Shown in pieces: positions 59,849-64,000 of a stretch of DNA of 64,000 nt. The notes under the pieces were generated by a model that saw only the letters and a list, made by a program, of their open reading frames with translations, did not search any database and was not told the DNA's origin. Source of the DNA: an uncultured Eubacteriales bacterium (lineage in GTDB: Bacteria; Bacillota; Clostridia; Christensenellales; CAG-138); contig UREK01000001.1 of the NCBI GenBank assembly GCA_900546845.1, positions 182,774 to 246,773 on the forward strand. Direction: 5' to 3'. A program made the translations under genes and the position numbers. How positions within the stretch are numbered: the first letter of the stretch is position 1; the number at the start of each line of letters is the position of its first letter.

Positions 59849-61960
59849 ATGCAGGCAAAAACATTCTCAATGCAGCTGGCGGGCAGAACCCTGACCGTTG
59901 AAACAGGCAAATACGCTGAACAGGCTGGCGGTTCCGCGCTGGTGCGCTGCGGGGATACCGCGGTGCTCGTGTGCGCGACGGTCGCCAAAGCGCCGCGCGA
60001 CGGCGTGGATTTCCTCCCGCTGAGCGTGGAATTTGAAGAAAAGATGTATTCCGTGGGCAAGATCCCCGGCGGGTTCATCAAGCGCGAAGGCCGCCCATCC
60101 GAGCGGGCCATCCTCGCAAGCCGCCTGATCGACCGGCCGCTTCGCCCGCTCTTCCCGAAGGGCTTCTATAACGACATCCAGGTCATTGCGACCGTCCTCT
60201 CCGTGGAGCAGGACGTCCAGCCGGACATCCTTGCCATGATCGGTTCCTCCATCGCCCTTTCCATCAGCGACGCGCCCTTCATGGGGCCGACGGGCGCCGT
60301 GAGCGTGGGCTATGTGGACGGCGAATACATCATCAACCCCAGCAGTGCTGAACGCGAAAAGAGCCGCCTGAACCTGACTGTTGCCGGTACGCGCGACGCG
60401 GTGATGATGGTCGAAGCCGGCGCGAACGAGCTGACCGAGGCCGAGATGCTCAAGGCCATCCTGCTCGCGCATGAAACCATCAAGGAGATCGTCGCTTTCA
60501 TCGACGGCATCGCCGCGGAGATCGGCAAGCCGAAGATGGAAGTGAACATCTATCAGCCCGATCCTGAGTTCGTCGCGCTCGTGCGCGAATACGCGATGGA
60601 TAAGGTCGAATGGTCCCTCGACACGTTCGACCGCAAGGAGCGCGAGGCACGTTCCGCTGAGATCAAGGCCGAGGTCACGGAGCATTTTGCCGAGAACTTC
60701 CCGGATTCCGCGAAGGACGTGGACGCGATCCTTTACAACATCACCAAGGAGATCGTGCGCGACAAGATCATCAACCGCGGCATCCGCCCGGACGGCCGCA
60801 AGCAGGAGGAGATCCGCCCCATCTGGAGCGAGGTAGGCATCCTCCCGCGCACGCACGGCAGCGCTGTGTTCACCCGCGGGCAGACGCAGGTGATGACCAT
60901 CGCCACCCTTGGCGCGCTGGGCGACGGGCAGACGCTCGACGGCATCGGCGAGGATACCTTCAAACGCTACATGCACCAATACAACATGCCGCCGTACAGC
61001 GTGGGCGAAACCCGCCCGGTGCGCAGCCCGGGCCGCCGCGAGATCGGCCATGGCGCGCTCGCGGAACGCGCGCTCCTGCCGATGCTGCCTTCCGAAGAGG
61101 AGTTCCCGTATGCGATCCGCCTCGTCTCCGAGGTCATCAGCTCCAACGGCTCTACCTCCCAGGCCTCCATCTGCGCGAGCACAATGGCGCTCATGGATGC
61201 AGGCGTGCCGATCAAAAAGCCTGTTGCGGGCGTTGCGATGGGCCTCATCAAGGATGTGGACAACGGCAACATCGCGGTGCTGACCGACATCCAGGGCCTT
61301 GAGGACTTCCTGGGCGATATGGACTTCAAAGTGGCCGGCACCCGCGAGGGCATTACCGCCATCCAGATGGACATCAAGATCAAGGGCATTGATGAGGAGA
61401 TCCTCACCCGCGCGCTGGAGCAGGCGCGCCGCGGCCGCCTCTTCATCCTCGACAAGATGATGGAAACCATCTCTGTGCCACGGGAGGAGATCAGCCCCTT
61501 CGCGCCGCGCGTGCTGCAGTTCACCATCCATCCGGACAAGATCCGCGAGGTCATCGGCTCCGGCGGAAAGACCATCAACAAGATCATTGCAGATACCGGC
61601 GTGAAAATCGACATTGAGGACGATGGCCGCGTGTTTATCCTCTCGCCCGATGCGGAAGCCTCCGCTGCGGCGAAGAAGATGATCGACACCATTGTCAAGG
61701 ATATAGAGGTCGGTGAAGTATTCCTCGGCAAAGTCGTGAACATCCTGCCCATCGGGGCACAGGTTGAGCTCAAGCCCGGCAAAAAGGGCCTTGTGCATAT
61801 CAAGAACCTCGACAACAAATTCGTGGAGCGCGTGGAAGACGTCGTCTCCATCGGCGATGAAATCCTCGTGCGCGTCATTGACATCAAGCCGGACGGCAAG
61901 ATCGACCTGACCCGCAAGGGCCTGCTCCCGAACGACAGCAGGAAGAACGACAGGCAGTAA
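59849..61960 (+). CDS. pnp: polyribonucleotide nucleotidyltransferase (PNPase)
   Basis: 703 aa. Two RNase PH domains ([22 protein letters not shown]), then KH ([10 protein letters not shown]) and S1 ([20 protein letters not shown]) domains. Confidence 0.93.
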   Translation: MQAKTFSMQLAGRTLTVETGKYAEQAGGSALVRCGDTAVLVCATVAKAPRDGVDFLPLSVEFEEKMYSVGKIPGGFIKREGRPSERAILASRLIDRPLRPLFPKGFYNDIQVIATVLSVEQDVQPDILAMIGSSIALSISDAPFMGPTGAVSVGYVDGEYIINPSSAEREKSRLNLTVAGTRDAVMMVEAGANELTEAEMLKAILLAHETIKEIVAFIDGIAAEIGKPKMEVNIYQPDPEFVALVREYAMDKVEWSLDTFDRKEREARSAEIKAEVTEHFAENFPDSAKDVDAILYNITKEIVRDKIINRGIRPDGRKQEEIRPIWSEVGILPRTHGSAVFTRGQTQVMTIATLGALGDGQTLDGIGEDTFKRYMHQYNMPPYSVGETRPVRSPGRREIGHGALAERALLPMLPSEEEFPYAIRLVSEVISSNGSTSQASICASTMALMDAGVPIKKPVAGVAMGLIKDVDNGNIAVLTDIQGLEDFLGDMDFKVAGTREGITAIQMDIKIKGIDEEILTRALEQARRGRLFILDKMMETISVPREEISPFAPRVLQFTIHPDKIREVIGSGGKTINKIIADTGVKIDIEDDGRVFILSPDAEASAAAKKMIDTIVKDIEVGEVFLGKVVNILPIGAQVELKPGKKGLVHIKNLDNKFVERVEDVVSIGDEILVRVIDIKPDGKIDLTRKGLLPNDSRKNDRQ

Positions 61961-62225
61961 TTACAAAAACAGAAATGCGTTTCGGGAGGGGTATTTCCCC
62001 TCCCGCGCATCGTATCAAAACCGGCAAACGCCAGTTTTGCGGATTTGACGCATATGCCGCCGAATCCGAAGCCGGCCACCGTAGATTCGGCCTCCGGCTC
62101 CCTAGAATTTTATGGCTGCCGCGTAGAAGGAGGGGGACGCCTTCTTCCGCGCAGCATCCCGCCTCATAATTCCGCCCCACAGTGAATACCATAAACCGAG
62201 GATACGGACATGCGGGGAGGATGCT

Positions 62226-62921
62226 ATGAAAACGCGGAGACGGAACGGGGCGCTTGTAAACCTGCTGCTGCTGCTTTTGATCGCAGCGCTGTATTTCATT
62301 ACCAGCCGGCCGGATGCCGCAACAGCTATGGCGCAGCTTGCGTATGCGCCCAATTACCGGGGCCATGCGGAGAGCGCGATCGCTCTGCAATTCGCCGTTT
62401 CGTGGAACGCCGCGTCGCTCGATTCCATCCTGGACGCGCTTGCCGCCCACGGCGCGAAGGCGACATTTGCGGTGAGCGGCCTTTGGGCGGAGGAGAACGC
62501 GGCGTTGCTTTTGCGCATGGCGGCCGACGGCCATGAGATCGCCACCATGGGGGACGATCCTGCGTTTGACGGGAAGCTTTCCGCAGTGCAGGCGGACGTT
62601 TCTGCCTCTCTGGATAAGATCGAGGCCGCGTGCGGTGTGCGCCCGGCGCTGTATTATTCCGGCACGCGCAACGTGACCGTTTCCGGGCGCGCGGCAAAGC
62701 GCCTCTCGCTCATGCATGTGCTTTCCACGCTGGATCTGCGATGCGCGGCGGGCAGCGCGGCGGAAATTACGCAGCGCGGATTAAATGACCCGATTGAAGG
62801 AAGCATAATACTGATGCAGCCGACGGCTGCCGCCGCAGAGGCGCTGCCGGGGCTGCTGAACGGATTCAAAGGGAAAGGATTGGAAGCCGTGCGCGTCGGG
62901 GACGTGCTCGGCTCGGGATGA
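62226..62921 (+). CDS. polysaccharide deacetylase family protein (YlxY-like position)
   Basis: 231 aa. N-terminal TM helix. ATFAVSGLWAEEN and GHEIATMG segments. The pnp-deacetylase-M16 order mirrors the Bacillus pnpA-ylxY-mlpA arrangement. Confidence 0.7.
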   Translation: MKTRRRNGALVNLLLLLLIAALYFITSRPDAATAMAQLAYAPNYRGHAESAIALQFAVSWNAASLDSILDALAAHGAKATFAVSGLWAEENAALLLRMAADGHEIATMGDDPAFDGKLSAVQADVSASLDKIEAACGVRPALYYSGTRNVTVSGRAAKRLSLMHVLSTLDLRCAAGSAAEITQRGLNDPIEGSIILMQPTAAAAEALPGLLNGFKGKGLEAVRVGDVLGSG

Positions 62922-64000
62922 ACATGGTTTTTCGTGATAAATTGGAAAACGGCATCCGCGTGATCGGCGAACCGATGCCGCATTACCGTTCCATTTCGAT
63001 GGGCGTTTGGATCGACGCAGGTTCCGTCTGCGAAAGCGGTTCGGAGGCAGGCGCTTCTCACTTCATCGAGCATATGCTGTTCAAGGGGACGGAGCGCCGC
63101 ACGGCGGCGGAGATCGCCGCGGAAATGGACGCAATCGGAGGCAACCTCAACGCGTTCACAGCGAAGGAATGCACCTGCTTTTATGCAAAGGTGCTGGACG
63201 AGCACCTGCCCCGCGCGGCGGACATGCTCGCGGACCTTGTGCGCAACTCCAGGTTTGACGAGGCGGATCTCGAACGTGAAAAGGGCGTCGTATGCGAGGA
63301 GATCCTCATGACGGAGGATTCCCCGGAAGATGTGGCGCACGAGACGCTCTGCGCCCTGCTGTATGAAAACACGCCGCTTGCAAACCCGATCCTGGGTACG
63401 CAGGAAAGCGTGCGCGCCTTCACGCGCGATGCGCTCATGGACTATATGGGGCGGCATTATATGCCGAACAACATCGTGATTTCCTGCGCCGGGCACTTCG
63501 AGCGCGCGGCGCTGCTGGACGCGCTTAACCGCTGCTTCTCGGGCGGCGGCGTGGGCGAACGCGGGGTGCGCAAAGTCAGCGCGCTCACGGGCGGGCGCCG
63601 GTTCCGCGCGGTGGAAAAGGACATCGAGCAGGTGCACCTCTGCCTTGGCTTCCCGGGTTTTGCGCTTGACGAGGATGGGCAGTACGCGCTCTTCGTGCTC
63701 AACAACGCCCTGGGCGGCAGCATGAGCTCCCGCCTGTTCCAGGGCATCCGCGAGGCGCGGGGCCTTGCCTATTCGGTATATTCCTTCCCCTCCTCTTATA
63801 CGGAGACGGGCTATTTCGCGCTGTATGCCGGCACGGGGGAAAGCACGGCTGAGCAGGTAGCTGCGCTGATCCTGGAGGAACTCGAAAAGCTCCGGCGCAA
63901 CGGCCTGACCAAGGAGGAGTTTATCCGCAGCAAGGAGCAGCTCAAGGGCAGCTACATGCTCGGGCAGGAGAGCACCTCCGCGCGCAACAACGCCATCGGC
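62918..64000 (+). CDS. M16-family zinc peptidase (pitrilysin/insulinase-like), 3'-truncated by the window edge
   Basis: Not in the ORF track because it is open-ended. Own translation from the ATG at 62918: MNMVFRDKLENGIRVIGEPMP...GASHFIEHMLFKGT (inverted HxxEH zinc motif). ATGA overlap with the previous gene. Confidence 0.85.
   Translation, partial: MNMVFRDKLENGIRVIGEPMPHYRSISMGVWIDAGSVCESGSEAGASHFIEHMLFKGTERRTAAEIAAEMDAIGGNLNAFTAKECTCFYAKVLDEHLPRAADMLADLVRNSRFDEADLEREKGVVCEEILMTEDSPEDVAHETLCALLYENTPLANPILGTQESVRAFTRDALMDYMGRHYMPNNIVISCAGHFERAALLDALNRCFSGGGVGERGVRKVSALTGGRRFRAVEKDIEQVHLCLGFPGFALDEDGQYALFVLNNALGGSMSSRLFQGIREARGLAYSVYSFPSSYTETGYFALYAGTGESTAEQVAALILEELEKLRRNGLTKEEFIRSKEQLKGSYMLGQESTSARNNAIG

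Noticed and set aside
59867-61798. 643-aa minus-strand ORF
   Set aside because: It is antisense to pnp, and its composition is junk-like.

Overview
High-G+C, densely coding chromosomal window of Firmicutes/Clostridia type. Assignment to Oscillospiraceae/Ruminococcaceae is an inference from gene content and order only. Most genes are housekeeping and most lie on the minus strand: hisZ-hisG, rnfCDEAB, purA-purB, nadE, metF/split metH, trkH-trkA, a six-tRNA array, radA plus tRNA-Arg, glyA, an Rrf2-regulator/cysteine desulfurase/IscU operon, and pnp-deacetylase-M16 peptidase. I saw no CRISPR array, transposase, integrase, phage genes or rRNA. The items most worth a second look are: (1) a three-gene operon headed by a 1578-aa HD / nucleotidyltransferase / PRTase-like fusion protein, coupled to an LDH-like dehydrogenase and a flavoprotein. 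(2) A cluster of alpha-oxoamine synthase, SDR, lipid kinase and a PAP2 protein resembling sphingomyelin synthase, which looks like a long-chain-base (sphingolipid- or capnoid-like) pathway. (3) A divergent IscU-like gene paired with a 'GGGtGRT' protein. (4) An rnf operon with no rnfG. (5) A hairpin-rich interspersed repeat family with four copies, each sitting between a stop codon and a terminator hairpin; two copies are flanked by duplicated hairpins. (6) A promoter-defined, roughly 220-nt structured GC-rich RNA upstream of a zinc-ribbon gene. (7) An array of AAATCCAA/TTGGGATT half-sites around the Rrf2-regulator promoter. All product calls come from motif recognition by eye; no database search was run.
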